Positions 28,786 through 42,005 are shown, counted from the first letter of the whole stretch. The stretch: 62,482 nt of DNA, filler included, from Squatina squatina (GCA_031763465.1; 3 parts of 3 records of this genome joined end to end with filler, not necessarily neighbours in it); one strand, 5' to 3'. Notes: generated from the letters alone by a model not told the origin. Made by a program: numbers and translations.

Positions 28786-28885
28786 NNNNNNNNNNNNNNN
28801 NNNNNNNNNNNNNNNNNNNNNNNNNNNNNNNNNNNNNNNNNNNNNNNNNNNNNNNNNNNNNNNNNNNNNNNNNNNNNNNNNNNNN

Positions 28886-29400
28886 GGGGCGATGACGACA
28901 GATTTGAGGGAGTGGGGGACAGTACCTGAGGAGAGGGAGAACTGTTAACAATGTCAGCTAACATGGGAGCCAGAAAAGGAAGTTGGATGCTCAGCAGTTT
29001 GGCAGGAATAAAGTCAAGGGAGCAGGAAATGGGTCTCATGGACAGGATGAGCTCGGAATGGTCATGAGGGGGGAATCGGAGAGAAACTGGAGAAAGAGGT
29101 GAGGCCAGGGCTAGGGCAGGGGGGAACCTGAGAGGAAGTTTGTCCCGGTGGGCTCGGGGAAGGAAGGGAAGAGGCAGATGCGGCCGAACGGATGGTCCCA
29201 ATCTTAGAGGCAAAGGCGGCCATGAGCTTCGTGCACTTATTGCTGGCGGTGAGGGTGGAGACTGGGGAGGGGGGTTTAAAAAGATGGTTGGCAGTGGAGA
29301 ATAGAAGCTGGGGTTTATCTGTACATTCCAGAATGATTCTGGAATAGTGAGCAATTTTGGCAGACGAGAGCAGGACCCCATAATGCTTTAAGTGGTCCTG
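28886..29400 (-). mobile_element. L2-clade LINE ORF2 fragment
   Basis: SSAKIAHYSRIILEC..PQLLFSTANHL and SMRPISCSLDFIPAKLL..LAPMLADIVNSS are L2 pre-RT motifs. Confidence 0.85.
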
Positions 29401-31071
29401 AAGTAAACAAACAAAATTTGGCACAGGAGCAGGCCATTCAGCACGCACGCTTGATCCCCGATTCCACTAGATCATAGCTGACATGTGCATCAACTCCATT
29501 TATCCGCCATTGTTTCATATTTCTCGATACCCTTAACTAACAAAAATCTATCGATCTCAAATCTTGAAGATTTGAGTGATTTCTGTACATGGACACCTAA
29601 ATCCCNNNNNNNNNNNNNNNNNNNNNNNNNNNNNNNNNNNNNNNNNNNNNNNNNNNNNNNNNNNNNNNNNNNNNNNNNNNNNNNNNNNNNNNNNNNNNNN
29701 NNNNNTGTCACGTTCCTCAAAGGGTTGGTGATGCCAATGCTGGAGAATATGAAATATTTAAGTACTAACATCCGCTGCTCAGGTACAACTTGATATGGGT
29801 CAGCTCACAGTTTGGTGCTTTTATTTAAACTGCCCAAAAATAACTGCATCAGTGTGACAATTGCTGATTAGTATCTGGTACAGTTCTGTGCTATAGAATC
29901 ATATCCATTCTGAACTGGGTTTTGATTACAGTTTATTTCACTTATAAAATATTCTGCCTGGTAGAGCGAGACATTTATCCTGTCAGTCTCAGCTCCATTT
30001 GGTTTCCATTTACCTGTCAGCAGCCATTCACTGCTTTTGGAGAGATCATTAGCAACATTTTGTCATCAAGATACCTGCTGCTATTTGAAGTACAGGGTAA
30101 TGTATTTCTAAATCCATGTTTCTGAATGGACTGCCAGATGATAATCACACAGAAAACTTTTCCTGTGTTTGATTAGGTGGTTGAGTAATGCCATCTCTGA
30201 TTGTGGCAATGTCCTTGGCCGCATTCTCAACCCTCGAAGTTGAANNNNNNNNNNNNNNNNNNNNNNNNNNNNNNNNNNNNNNNNNNNNNNNNNNNNNNNN
30301 NNNNNNNNNNNNNNNNNNNNNNNNNNNNNNNNNNNNNNNNNNNNTTTCAGTGTTAGTGAGATTGTGGATATTACTGTTTTATATTTCAGGTTGAACATTT
30401 AGTGTAGCTCTACTTTTATAAGCTGTGCTTAATTATATCTTTAGGAACCTTGTTTGGCCACACATATCGCTAACGTGAGCTCGTCATATGCTCTGGATTT
30501 CATCCACATTGATAAACAAGTAGATTTTCCCTAGCTTTGGCATTTAATGTCATCAATCGTATTCCATTTTACTTCTTATAGTAAGGCAAATTATCTACAA
30601 AAACATAGGATCTTGAAACAAACACCCATATGATGGACTGGTTAAAGTATAAAGGCACAGATATGGAAAGTGGGGGTTAAACTTTTTACCCCAAAATTGA
30701 ATAGTTTTAGTACTGACAATTTTATATTAAAATTTTCCCAAGGAATTAATTAGGTCTGACTTTGGGAAATATATGGTAATACTAAATTGGTATATTAGAT
30801 CCACTTCTGGAGATCACTGATTTTAGATTGTGTTACTGCTGCATAGCTAAATGTCATGATGAACTTGGCAAATATGGTCCAAAAATGTAAACATCCACAA
30901 GGCAAATGAAGAAGGTGGAACATAGACAAATTAAGATAAAGTAAACCACTCATTAGTTTATATCTGATTGGCATTTGTACGTGGTTATCCCATTGTAAAG
31001 TTTGTGTTATGTATATAACTGGCAGGCTTTGTGGTATGCTTCATTTACAACTTCTTCATTTCTTTTTTCAG

Positions 31072-31308
31072 CTGCCTGCTTGATCCTGGGCTGCATGATC
31101 TTCCCAGACGGCTGGGATTCAGATGAAGTAAAGCGCATGTGTGGTGAAAAAACAGACAAGTACACACTTGGTGCCTGCTCTATTCGCTGGGCCTACATTC
31201 TGGCTATTATTGGCATCCTAGATGCACTCATCCTTTCGTTTCTGGCATTTGTCCTAGGCAACAGGCAAGATGGCTTACTGCCAGAGGACTTCAAAGTGGA
31301 TACCAAAG
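31072..31308 (+). CDS. LHFPL3: LHFPL tetraspan subfamily member 3, internal coding exon (237 nt)
   Basis: Polypyrimidine-AG acceptor and GTATGG donor; encodes (A)[78 protein letters not shown], near-identical to vertebrate LHFPL3; lies upstream of KMT2E as in human. Confidence 0.93.
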
Positions 31309-32748
31309 GTATGGTTTTTCTCAGTCACATTAAACCATTTAGAATTATGAAGTTCCCTTTATTCAAGTGGACCAATTAAATATTGAAAGCATGATAGATT
31401 TTTTTATCCTCATGACAGGAAATCTCAAACCTAAGCTACAAATATCAACTTGCTCAATTCTGAAAGTTAATAGGTCCATTACTGTAACTGTTTAAAGGTT
31501 TAAAAAAAAGTCCAGAATATATATCCATGAATTTTATTATCACATTTAACAACATAAGCTTGGCAATAAAATTGTAGTTCAGAGCTTTGAACTTTTGAAC
31601 ATTAGATTTTAATAAGGAATTTATCAGAGGAGACAGGGGTCTTTTATGAGAAGGGGGAAGTGGCTCTTATTTAAAGGTAAAGACTAGTTTTGGAAACACC
31701 CCTCTCTCAAAAAAATGAAATGGAAGCTCTCATTACCAATCATGTGAAAGAATATGTTTTGACTAATACGTGATGATACAAATTTTGCCGGGAAAGTCGG
31801 GAAACCGCCTACTAATTGATATATTTGGTAAATTATTATATCTATTGGGACCAAATAGATATCGCGCACGTGGTCGCGTAGTCCCATATACATCTTTCTG
31901 TGTACAGTGCTTGTAACTTTACCAAGACTGGGCCAAATTTCTTATCATTTTGATGATTCCAGAACCTTGCAGTACACACCAATACTTATATGCTAGATGA
32001 TCAACCTTTTCTGATCGATTCCACAACGTTTCTTTCACAATGCAATCGCATGACCAGAACTGGTCTTTGTCTTTAAGCTATTGATATGATATTGCTCTCA
32101 CATATTCCTGATAGTTCATTTCACTGCACGAATGGGTTAAAAATGGATAGAAACACAATCTTCATAATATATTATAGGGTAATTCACNNNNNNNNNNNNN
32201 NNNNNNNNNNNNNNNNNNNNNNNNNNNNNNNNNNNNNNNNNNNNNNNNNNNNNNNNNNNNNNNNNNNNNNNNNNNNNNNNNNNNNNNATGATCAACTGAC
32301 AAGTGTACATCTTAACTGAATTTAATGTGTGCTGTTCCCACATATTGATTAATCTTTCTGTTTTTCCTAGCCACTGGGAGGTACTTTAAGGTAACTGCTT
32401 ACTTTATCCATACCAAATTAAAAAGGAAGCTCTACTGGAGATTTGTCAACTATTCCTGTAAAATGACAAACTAATGTTTGAACAATAAACTGTTAGAAGA
32501 ACAAGATATGAACTGTGGATTTGCAAGAGTACCATCAACTTTTGTGTACCACAGGAGGTCACATTTGCTTTCCATTTTGAGTTATAGAGTCCTGATCAAG
32601 ATGTATTTTGTAGAGAAACTTCCTTCCAGAGGGAAAGAGAATGCATATCCAGCTTCCTGAGGTTACTTCTCTTAAATGAACAGTTGAGCTGTACTGTGAA
32701 CATTTTGTACCATGTGTACGACAAATTCAGCAGCTGAAGGCTTGAAAT

Positions 32749-32895
32749 CCAGATGTTTGCTCTCCTTTATACCTCTCTGCCCAGATGTTTACTGTCCTTT
32801 ATCTCTCTGCCCAGATGTTTACTGTCCTTTATATTTCTCTGTCCAGATGTTTCCATCCTTTATATCTCCTTGTTTACTATCCTCTCTCCAGTCTA
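32749..32895. repeat. Degenerate 30-32 bp tandem repeat (about 4.5 copies)
   Basis: CCAGATGTTT starts units at 32749, 32781, 32811 and 32843. Confidence 0.85.
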
Positions 32896-33580
32896 TGTCA
32901 GTCACTCCAGGTACATTCACTAACCCCTGCTCCACTTGCTGTCCCTCTTGGCTCACTTGTTGTCTGTATATAATGAGGACATTACAATCCTGCCATAACT
33001 GTTCTTTTTATGATTTAATTTATAATATAAAGATCGCAAAGAACATTTATTATCAAACCAGACCCAGATGAGAGACAGGAATAAATGCTTCAGTCACCTG
33101 TTATACGGAAGCAGACCAAATAAGGAAGAAGCATCACATATCACACTGCACTATCTGCATCACTACGTCATCATCACTCTCTTCAACCAAAGTAGCAGTA
33201 CTAATGAAGAAAGGCAGAGTCAAGAGGCAGAGGGCTCTCACCTTCACTGCCGGCTGGGAGTCGAGGGATGTCACCAGACTGTGCAAGGTGTCGAAGCCCA
33301 GTTTGATGTTGAAACGCCTCTTCTGCTCGGCAGAGATGTGAGTGATCCGTCTGTTCTCAGCCTACCAGAGACAAGGACACCAAGAATGTTTAACAGATCC
33401 GGAGAATTCCTCAGCCAAGGCCAGGTTTAGGACCTGGGAAAGGTGCACCCGTGCTCACTCTGATCTGTATCAGATAGCAGGCTCGGTCACTAAGCTCCTC
33501 ACAGCAGATTATCATCTTTATTCCGCACTCTATCACTCAAGGGCCACCACAGAGATTGTAATAAAGTCAATATTTCTACA

Positions 33581-33913
33581 AGATACCAGGCAGTGAGCTG
33601 TGAGAGATACCAGGCAGTGGCTGTGGGGGATACCAGGCAGTGACTGTGGGAGATACCAGGCAGTGACTGTGGGAGATACCAGGCAGTGACTGTGGCGGAC
33701 ACCAGGCAGTGACTGTGGGCAATACCAGGCAGTGACTGTGGGCGATACCAGGCAGTGGCTGTGGGGGATACCAGGCAGTGACTGTGGGCGTTACCAGGCA
33801 GTGACTGTGGGGGATACCAGGCAGTGACTGTGGGGGATACCAGGCAGTGACTGTGGGAGATGCCAGACAGTGACTGTGGGAGATGCCAGGCAGTGACGGT
33901 GGGAGATATCAGG
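33581..33913. repeat. 23-bp minisatellite (at least 14 copies, runs into a gap)
   Basis: Unit GATACCAGGCAGTGACTGTGGGA; explains the 23-aa periodic ORF at 33499-34071. Confidence 0.95.
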
Positions 33914-34084
33914 NNNNNNNNNNNNNNNNNNNNNNNNNNNNNNNNNNNNNNNNNNNNNNNNNNNNNNNNNNNNNNNNNNNNNNNNNNNNNNNNNNNNNNN
34001 NNNNNNNNNNNNNGCTGAACTACCCTCTGCACGTTGAAAAATCGTAAAAAAAAGTGTTTCAGCTCGAACACAAATGGTTCAACA

Positions 34085-34310
34085 GGCTAGGGAACGGGCA
34101 CCCAGGGTCTCAGACACAGCGGTCCAACCTTGTGCAGGGCGATCAACACTGGCCAGGAGGTTCTCTACCCACAGGGGGCAGGAGGACCTCTAAGAAGAAG
34201 GATGTGGGCTAGATCGCCGAGGCTGTCGCTGCTCCAATGTCGCCCTCAGGACCTGGCTCCAGTACCCAAAGAGCTTTCATGACCTTAGATGAGTGGTCAA
34301 GGTCAGTGAA
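34085..34310 (+). mobile_element. Harbinger Myb/SANT-like ORF remnant
   Basis: Frameshifted 'RERAPRVSD...QEVLYPQG...MW..IAEAV...RTWLQYPKSFHDL' (cf. RTW.QC.K.F.DL). Confidence 0.55.
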
Positions 34311-35354
34311 TGCATCTTCAAAAGCCATCTCCTACCAACACCACCACTAGCTTCACACACTACTCAATGCACAACCACTCCACCCCCACCACTCATCTAC
34401 CAACTGTCTCTACCAAGCATGAGTCATATCTCACATTCCTCGCTTCACCTCACCCCATCTTGGAGGAGACAATGCTTTTCATTCCTGAGCCCTTGACCAG
34501 CAACGAGGCTGAAAGAATACAAGATGCCGGTATCCTCCTACGTTATCTTCCTTCTCACAACTCACTTCCCCTCACCCTACAATATCTTCGGATTTACAAG
34601 CTGTGCATGGTGTAAGCATGCACCTCTTGCTTCCCCCGCTCTCCTCACCACAACCCTATCCTTTCCCTTCCTCATGTCAGGCACCCAATAAATCCAGCCA
34701 ATCAAACAAGATGGTCCAATTTAAATGGAGTGGAACCAGAATGGAACCAAGGTACATTAAACAAGGTGATACAACAGTCACTGTGGGTGGTGGTAATATT
34801 TCTGGAACTATCTTGAACTCTGAAATTGCTGTCTGGTGTTTCATTTTATCTTTTATTCTTGATTTTTTTTCAAAAAAAGCACCAACTTACTTGAAGAGAT
34901 CAGCCTACCTCAATTTATTGTAACCATCCTCAATATAAATGTTAACAGAATTGTGATGTCTTGACAAGTGCATATTACAATTTACACAACTAGTAAAAGA
35001 TTAAAATGGCTGTTTGTTCAAGTAAGTTATTCACTATATTGGAATATGTATTAATTTAGTAAATATGTGTATAGTTCAGAAGCTTGAAGCTTCTATACAA
35101 ATACAGTGCACCATTTGCAATGATGCACACCTTTTTGAAGCATTTCTAGGATTAAACACAAGTAGTTTTCTTGATACCTGCCTTAATCACTGCTATACAA
35201 GTCATATTTTAGTCCCATTAAAACCCTCATATAACCTCAGTAGTCGCTAGTTAAAGGTGAACATTTTCAGTAGCANNNNNNNNNNCGCCTAAGAAACAGC
35301 ACAACAACGATGTTTAAAATTGTTATTCATTAGTACTTACTATATCACATACAG

Positions 35355-35392
35355 AAGAAGGAACGTCTGGGGGAAAAACAAATTACATGTGA
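35355..35392 (+). CDS. Candidate terminal coding exon of LHFPL3
   Basis: CAG acceptor in the phase needed after exon 31072-31308 gives (E)EGTSGGKTNYM*; weak polypyrimidine tract, unverified. Confidence 0.3.
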
Positions 35393-35628
35393 CCAGCATT
35401 GTAAATATGTTCCAATTTCTTCCACAATCAAGCTGAAGCTGAAAAAGTCAGCATTCAAAAAAAGTGAAGTTATCTGTTTTATGCCCAATATCACAAGCAG
35501 CTTAGTATTTGAATTTATGATTTTCATTAACTTGTTTGTTTTGGTTGGCTGATAGTAAGCTTTCTGTTTGTCTATGAAATGTAGCACTGTGTAATATTGA
35601 TGAGGTACTCCAATCGATATGGGGAGCA

Positions 35629-35629
35629 C

Positions 35630-35655
<26 letters not shown>
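35629..35655. repeat. (GT)n microsatellite
   Basis: Direct reading. Confidence 0.9.
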
Positions 35656-35660
<5 letters not shown>

Positions 35661-38029
35661 AGAGAGATTGACATGGTAGAAACTGAATTGTGCCTCCTGC
35701 TGATCAATTCATGGAATAGCATTATCATTAGTCAGATAAACTTGTCAACCTGGCCACCTCCACGTGATGGTAAACAAAATGCAAGGAGGACAACAAAAGA
35801 GACTGTAAATGAAATATAAAATAATCTTTGGTCATCTGATCATTCTCCCATTATTGTTCAGCAATATCGAATGTCGTACCTCTCTGGACATGCACAATGT
35901 TGCATAGAAGTTCTCAAAACTTAATATATTTGTTGCATACTTCAATGACCACGAGCTTTAGATAGTCTGTTAAAACTTGCACTTGTTAATTAAGAGCTGC
36001 ATTCTTACCCAGTCAACCTTTACTGTGCCATAAAATTTGCCCTATTTTTGCTGCTTCAAAACTAGAGCTTTCATGTATGTGCTGTTTACTTGTATGCCTT
36101 TGCAGTGACAGAGCTATAAAATGTTGCTGTTTTGTGCCTGTGCCAATCTGCTCTTATACGTTGCTGTACAGATCCTGTGTGATCATANNNNNNNNNNNNN
36201 NNNNNNNNNNNNNNNNNNNNNNNNNNNNNNNNNNNNNNNNNNNNNNNNNNNNNNNNNNNNNNNNNNNNNNNNNNNNNNNNNNNNNNNNNNNNNNNNNNNN
36301 NNNNNNNNNNNNNNNNNNNNNNNNNNNNNNNNNNNNNNNNNNNNNNNNNNNNNNNNNNNNNNNNNNNNNNNNNNNNNNNNNNNNNNNNNNNNNNNNNNNN
36401 NNNNNNNNNNNNNNNNNNNNNNNNNNNNNNNNNNNNNNNNNAAACAGGAGTTTTCTGTCAAAGGCATTTTTTTTTAAACCTAGAAGCTATGCCTAATTTT
36501 CCACTGCAGAGCTCTGCATCAGTCAGACACCCACTTAACAAGTAGATATCACCATTCTGTACCTACTTGGGAGGTGGCAAATGACCAAAATTACCAGTTT
36601 TACTAAAGCACACAGAAATTATATCCAATATGTTTTAAATCAGTGGTCTTCAAACTTGTGACGTGGCCTCCCAACAAATATTGACACACGCCCTTGACCA
36701 GGCCTCTTGTAAAACGTATGAAAGGACTTGACAATTTATAATGCAACACTCAGATTTTTTTTTTCACCATTATCTACAGGAGTGTTGAATAAGATGACAG
36801 CAGTATTTTGTATTTATTAATTGTTTAACATTAGTAAATTAAGACTTCCATTTTGTGTCTCATTCTAATACCAGTCAGCTGTGTTCCCACTCATTTAGTT
36901 CTCTAAAGGGCTTGTGCACATGTTTTAAAACCACTGCTTAAATCAAAAATGTCAAAAGCTTTCTAATTTGAAACAATGTCAGTGATATAAACTTTCAAAA
37001 CCATGTATGCTCTGATGACAGTATGGTCAATGTTCAGATTCTTCTTGATAGCACTGTGAAATAGAAACTTCCGAGCATATGACACCAACCAGCAGAGTTT
37101 CTAAGTTGATTATATTTCAATAATTAGGTACATTTTCTTTTCCATACTGCTAAACTATAGGTCAGGTGAACAATTCGTATGACAGAACAGAATTTTTTTT
37201 CAATTGATTTAGTAATGCCAAAAGAGAGAATGTGTTATCTGGAGACACTTTTCTTTTGGTTACTGAATTCAAAGTATCATTTATTCCACTGGGCAGTTAG
37301 TTTCAGAAAGTTAATGTAGAGTCCTTTACTACAAAGGCTGATAAATTAGAAGCCTTCAAAGTTGTGCATGTTTTTTAAAAAAAAGCAGAAAATATCTACT
37401 GCTAAATTAAATCCTGTGTATTGTACACTATACTGTTATTTGCTGAATGTCTGTTAGTGTTTTCTGCTGTAAGTAAAGTAACCTTGTGGATGAAATCATG
37501 GCTGCCCTATGCTTCATAATAATTGCTTGGTGTTTTTACAGCACTAATTTTTTGTGCGGGTGGGGGGGGGGGAGGAGAGAGAGAGAGAAAGAGAAAGAGG
37601 GAAAAGTTAGTGATTGNNNNNNNNNNGTAGAGATGAGACTGCCCCAAGTTACAAAGAAGTTCATTTGTGCTGATAAGTTTGAAAACTTCAGTCAGCTTCA
37701 TTTTGGCTGTGAATTCAGAATTAGAGATTACAAGATTTGCTTCTTTTTAAATTTTCTTTCCTCTACTCTGAAAGTGTTTACTCTTTGCTGGGTACAAGCC
37801 CAGGAGGTACTCTATTACCATATCCAACTGGCAAGAGTCTAGAAAGATTTTTGTGCCCGGNNNNNNNNNNNNNNNNNNNNNNNNNNNNNNNNNNNNNNNN
37901 NNNNNNNNNNNNNNNNNNNNNNNNNNNNNNNNNNNNNNNNNNNNNNNNNNNNNNNNNNNNACACGCTGTTTTTCACCTCTAACCACAAAGAAGCACCACT
38001 TTACGTTAACCATAGTTGCTATTTTCTTC

Positions 38030-38473
38030 AACCCGCTCACACCGCAGCCAAAAACGAACTGCCAATGCTAGCAAAGTCCTTCACGGGTTTCTTTATACGC
38101 ATGCGTGCTAAGCTCTCCGCCCTTGTCCACTACCCCGTAAGCCCCGTAGGACGACGTTCCGTAGCCGCCATTTTCCAAAGAAGGGGAGTAAATCGTACAC
38201 AGAGATAGCAACAGATCCCACAGAGACTGTTCAGAAAAACTAAGGAAATCTTCTCACCGTGGGATAAAATATTCTGCAACGGTTAAGACTTTATTGTTTT
38301 TTTTAATGAAGAACGGCTATCGAGTTTTAAATAACCGCGTTAATACTGCGGTGTGATCAACAATATACAGGACTATTTGTGTATTTACGTTGTGGTGGAG
38401 ATTATATTGCATTGTTTTGGTTTGGCAAAACGAGTTTAACGGAGTCTTTCTGTCGGTTCGGTGGACTCTTCAG
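38030..38473 (+). promoter_or_regulatory. KMT2E: Putative KMT2E promoter and non-coding first exon
   Basis: Local CpG enrichment; NRF1-like palindrome ACGCATGCGT (38097-38106); GC box CTCCGCCC; YY1 motif GCCGCCATTTT (38164-38174); consensus donor CAG|GTAAGA at 38473/38474; upstream of the KMT2E ATG exon. Confidence 0.6.
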
Positions 38474-39056
38474 GTAAGATGATGTTACATGACATCTGTC
38501 AAAAGTATTTTATGAGGAAATGTCTAATTTAAAAANNNNNNNNNNNNNNNNNNNNNNNNNNNNNNNNNNNNNNNNNNNNNNNNNNNNNNNNNNNNNNNNN
38601 NNNNNNNNNNNNNNNNNNNNNNNNGGTTTAGTGAACCGTTTTTGTTAATTTAGCGGATTATAGTCCGTAACAACACTTTCTCTTTTTGACTGTCTATATA
38701 TGATTAATATCAGTATACATGGATGTTTTAAAATGCATTTTCTGTCAAATTTTGAATCCCAATATTCTTCAACTTTGGACTCACTTGGACTTTCATAAAT
38801 AAACATTTCCGTTTTACTCCATTTTAGTTCTCAAAGTGAAAAGAAACGTGCCTGCGATATATTCTCTGTTTAGCACATACTGTCATCTCTCTGATTATGA
38901 TAGGGCACCTAGCAACGGGTAATGTTTAGATATATAATGCGACGTTAATGCTAAAGTATTTCATAAATTTTAGTCCTTTTCTGAAGAATTCTCCTGTAAA
39001 TATGTCTACATTTTAGTTATAGTTGACTATTTTTAAGTGTAATTCTACTTTTGTAG

Positions 39057-39102
39057 ATACGAATTACGTAAAATAATTACATTTAATAGTTCTGTACCAC
39101 AG
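39057..39102 (+). other. Candidate small 5'UTR exon of KMT2E
   Basis: TTTTGTAG acceptor and CAG|GTAACG donor between the putative exon 1 and the ATG exon. Confidence 0.35.
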
Positions 39103-40082
39103 GTAACGGATAACGTACTTCGAATTCAAGGGGGGTGGACCACTGCAAACGTGGAACCAAAACATCTTGGGGGAGGGTGGACTTGTTTATCTTTAGGTTT
39201 TAATTGGGCAAAAATTTGGAGGAGTGGGAGCGTCCAATATTTATGTTGACTGCAGTCTGTGAGTAGATCATTGTAGCTGATCTGCATCTCTTCTTGATTT
39301 AGAGTCACCTCTTGGGAGGTAGCTGACTGTTTAGGAGAGGTAGAGGTTATACTGAATGAGCCTTCAAAAACAGACCAAGGGTTCATTTCTAAGAGGAGGT
39401 CAAGTATCACATATTTGGATTAGAACACCAGGCATGTTTATTGCATGATCTCTCACCATTAATTGATGGCTCTGGTCTTTTTGTCAGGCTCCTTCATGTT
39501 TTTTTGCCCTGTGATTTGTTATGGACATGAGCATGGTTTACAGGGAGGAAACGTGGGTGTGTAGTTCTGCCAGGGACTGGAGAAAGAGCTCCAAGGGGGA
39601 TTAGCTTGCATTGGAGTGCAAGGTATTGTTGGGTTCAGGAAGTAGTGGGTAATCTGGGGATGTCATATTGGATGAGTAGAAATTTATTAGCAAACTGGTA
39701 TAAGTGTAATCTGCTCCTTGTGGAGGGTTAGCACAAGTTTGGGGACCTCTTTCTCAAACTTTGAATCCATTTGAGGAGTGTACTCCTGTGATCTCACAGT
39801 GCACCAGATGAGAGAGAAGGCTGACTAACACAGAGGAATCTTCGGGAATATGCAGCCTCCCTTGTAGGCTGAGCCGGGTAGAGCTATGGAATGCTTTTGG
39901 TCTTCTGTTTCTCTTTTCTGCAGATATATGAAGCAGAGGTTGTACATGCCAGTCAGTTGGTTATGCACTACACGCAATGTTCNNNNNNNNNNNNNNNNNN
40001 NNNNNNNNNNNNNNNNNNNNNNNNNNNNNNNNNNNNNNNNNNNNNNNNNNNNNNNNNNNNNNNNNNNNNNNNNNNNNNNNNN

Positions 40083-40704
40083 AAGAAAACAGCCATTGAT
40101 GAGTGAAGAGGTAAGGGACAGCATAAAACTAAAAGAAAAAACATACAAAAATGCAAAAAACAGCACAGATCCTGATGAATGGAAAAGATACAAAGAACAG
40201 CAAAGGGTCACAAAACATAGCAAGAAATACAAAGAGGGAGTATGAAAAGAAACTTGCAAGGGATATCAAAATCAACATGAAGGATTTTTACAATTGCATT
40301 TGGAAAAAGAGAGTAGTCAGGAGCAATGTTGGCCCCTTAAAAACTGAAACCGGTGATATTGTCACTGATAATAAAGGAAATGGCGAACATGTTGAAGAAT
40401 TGCTTTGCGTCAGTATTTACAGTAGAGGAAGAAGATAGCATGCCAAAGGTCCCAAGGAAGCTAATATTAAATCAGGGACAGGAACTCAATAAAATTGACG
40501 TAAGTAAAATAACAGTAATGAAGAAAATAATGGCATTAAAGGTTGATAAATCCCCAGGACCAGATGATTTCCATCCCAGGGTTTTAAAGGAAGTAGGTGT
40601 TAGCCTAACATCTGTTGTTGGGAAATTAATAGAGTCTATAATTAAGGATAGGGTGACTGAACACCTCAAATTTACAGTTGATTAGAGAGAGCCAGCATGG
40701 ATTT
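40083..40704 (+). mobile_element. CR1-clade LINE ORF2 fragment (internally deleted)
   Basis: KEMANMLKNCFASVFT..LKVDKSPGPDDFHPRVLKE..SLTSVVGKLIESII..SQHGF. Confidence 0.9.
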
Positions 40705-40804
40705 NNNNNNNNNNNNNNNNNNNNNNNNNNNNNNNNNNNNNNNNNNNNNNNNNNNNNNNNNNNNNNNNNNNNNNNNNNNNNNNNNNNNNNNNNNNNNNNN
40801 NNNN

Positions 40805-41005
40805 GTCTTGGATATGAGAGGCTGGGATATGAGAGAGAGAGAGAGAGAGGGGCTGGGATATGAGAGAGAGGGAGAGAGAGGCTGGGATATGAGAGGGAGA
40901 GGGAGAGGCTGGGATATGAGAGGGAGAGAGAGGATGGGATAGGATGGCATATGAGACAGATAGAGAGAGACAGAGGGGGAGGATGGGATTGGTGAGAGGG
41001 GGAGG
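40805..41005. repeat. Purine-rich compound repeat GGCTGGGATATGAG(AG)n
   Basis: Direct reading; about 6 degenerate units. Confidence 0.85.
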
Positions 41006-41509
41006 CTAGATTCTCCCAGGTCTGATTATTTTCTCATTGGGGGCCAGGAAGGGGAAATGGGTTGGTATTGCTTACTCCATCAGCTGACCAATGGAAATGA
41101 ACAGTGTCTATCGCTGATGACCAATTACTGAATGGGTCTTGCATGATTTGGGGAGTGGCGTTGATCACAACGATTTTTGGAGATTACCAGCGTGACATGG
41201 TTAAAATAGTTTTGGATTGTCTCAGGGTGGTGAAGGGGAAATTATCTCGGCTTTGTGGCATGTGATTGCTTTCTGTCTGGAAGAGATAACTCACTGCATC
41301 AGGTGGTGGACACAACAACAGTGACAGCATAGGCTGATAGAAGAGAATGTATTTTACAATAAATTCTGTCTTTAGTTCAGGTTTCTGCAGTCAGTGATAA
41401 AATAATACTTACAACTATTATACTTACAACAGACTGGACATAGCACATTATTATGTAAATTTCCAGGTGGTGATCACACGTTGCTGCAGAGTCAACATAC
41501 TGTAATCTG

Positions 41510-42005
41510 GAGGAGTGCAACAAAGGTTTACTAAACTGATTCCTGGGATGGCAGGACTGACGTATGAGGAGGGATTGTGTCGATTAGGCCTATATTCACT
41601 AGAGTTTAGAAGAATGAGAGGGGATCTCATAGAAACCTATAAAATTCGAACAGGACTAGACAGACTCGATGCAGGGAGGATGTTTCCCCTGGCTGGGGAG
41701 TCTAGAACCAGGGGTCACTGACTCAGGATAACGGGGTAAGCCATTTAGAACCGAGAGGAGGAGAAATTTCTTTACTCAGAGGATGGTGAACCTGTGGAAT
41801 TCTCTACCACAGAAGGCAGTGGAGGCCAAGTCATTAAGTATATTCAAGAAGGCGATAGATATATTTCTTAATGCTGAAGGGATCAAGGGATATGGGGAGA
41901 AAGCGGGAACAGGGTACAGAAGTAGACGATCAGCCATGATCATATTGAATGGCGGAGCAGGCCCGAAGGGCCGAATGGCCCACTCCTGCTCCTATCTTCT
42001 ATGTT
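41510..42005 (+). mobile_element. 5'-truncated CR1 LINE including 3' UTR
   Basis: QRFTKLIPGMAGLTYEEGLCRLGLYSLEFRRMRGDLIETYKI, then VNLWNSLP; ends in the CR1 3' motif CCGAATGGCCCACTCCTGCTCCTAT. Confidence 0.92.

Noticed and set aside
33499-34071. 190-aa repetitive ORF, or a CRISPR-like array
   Set aside because: It is a translation of a head-to-tail 23-bp minisatellite; there are no unique spacers and no cas genes, and the DNA is vertebrate.
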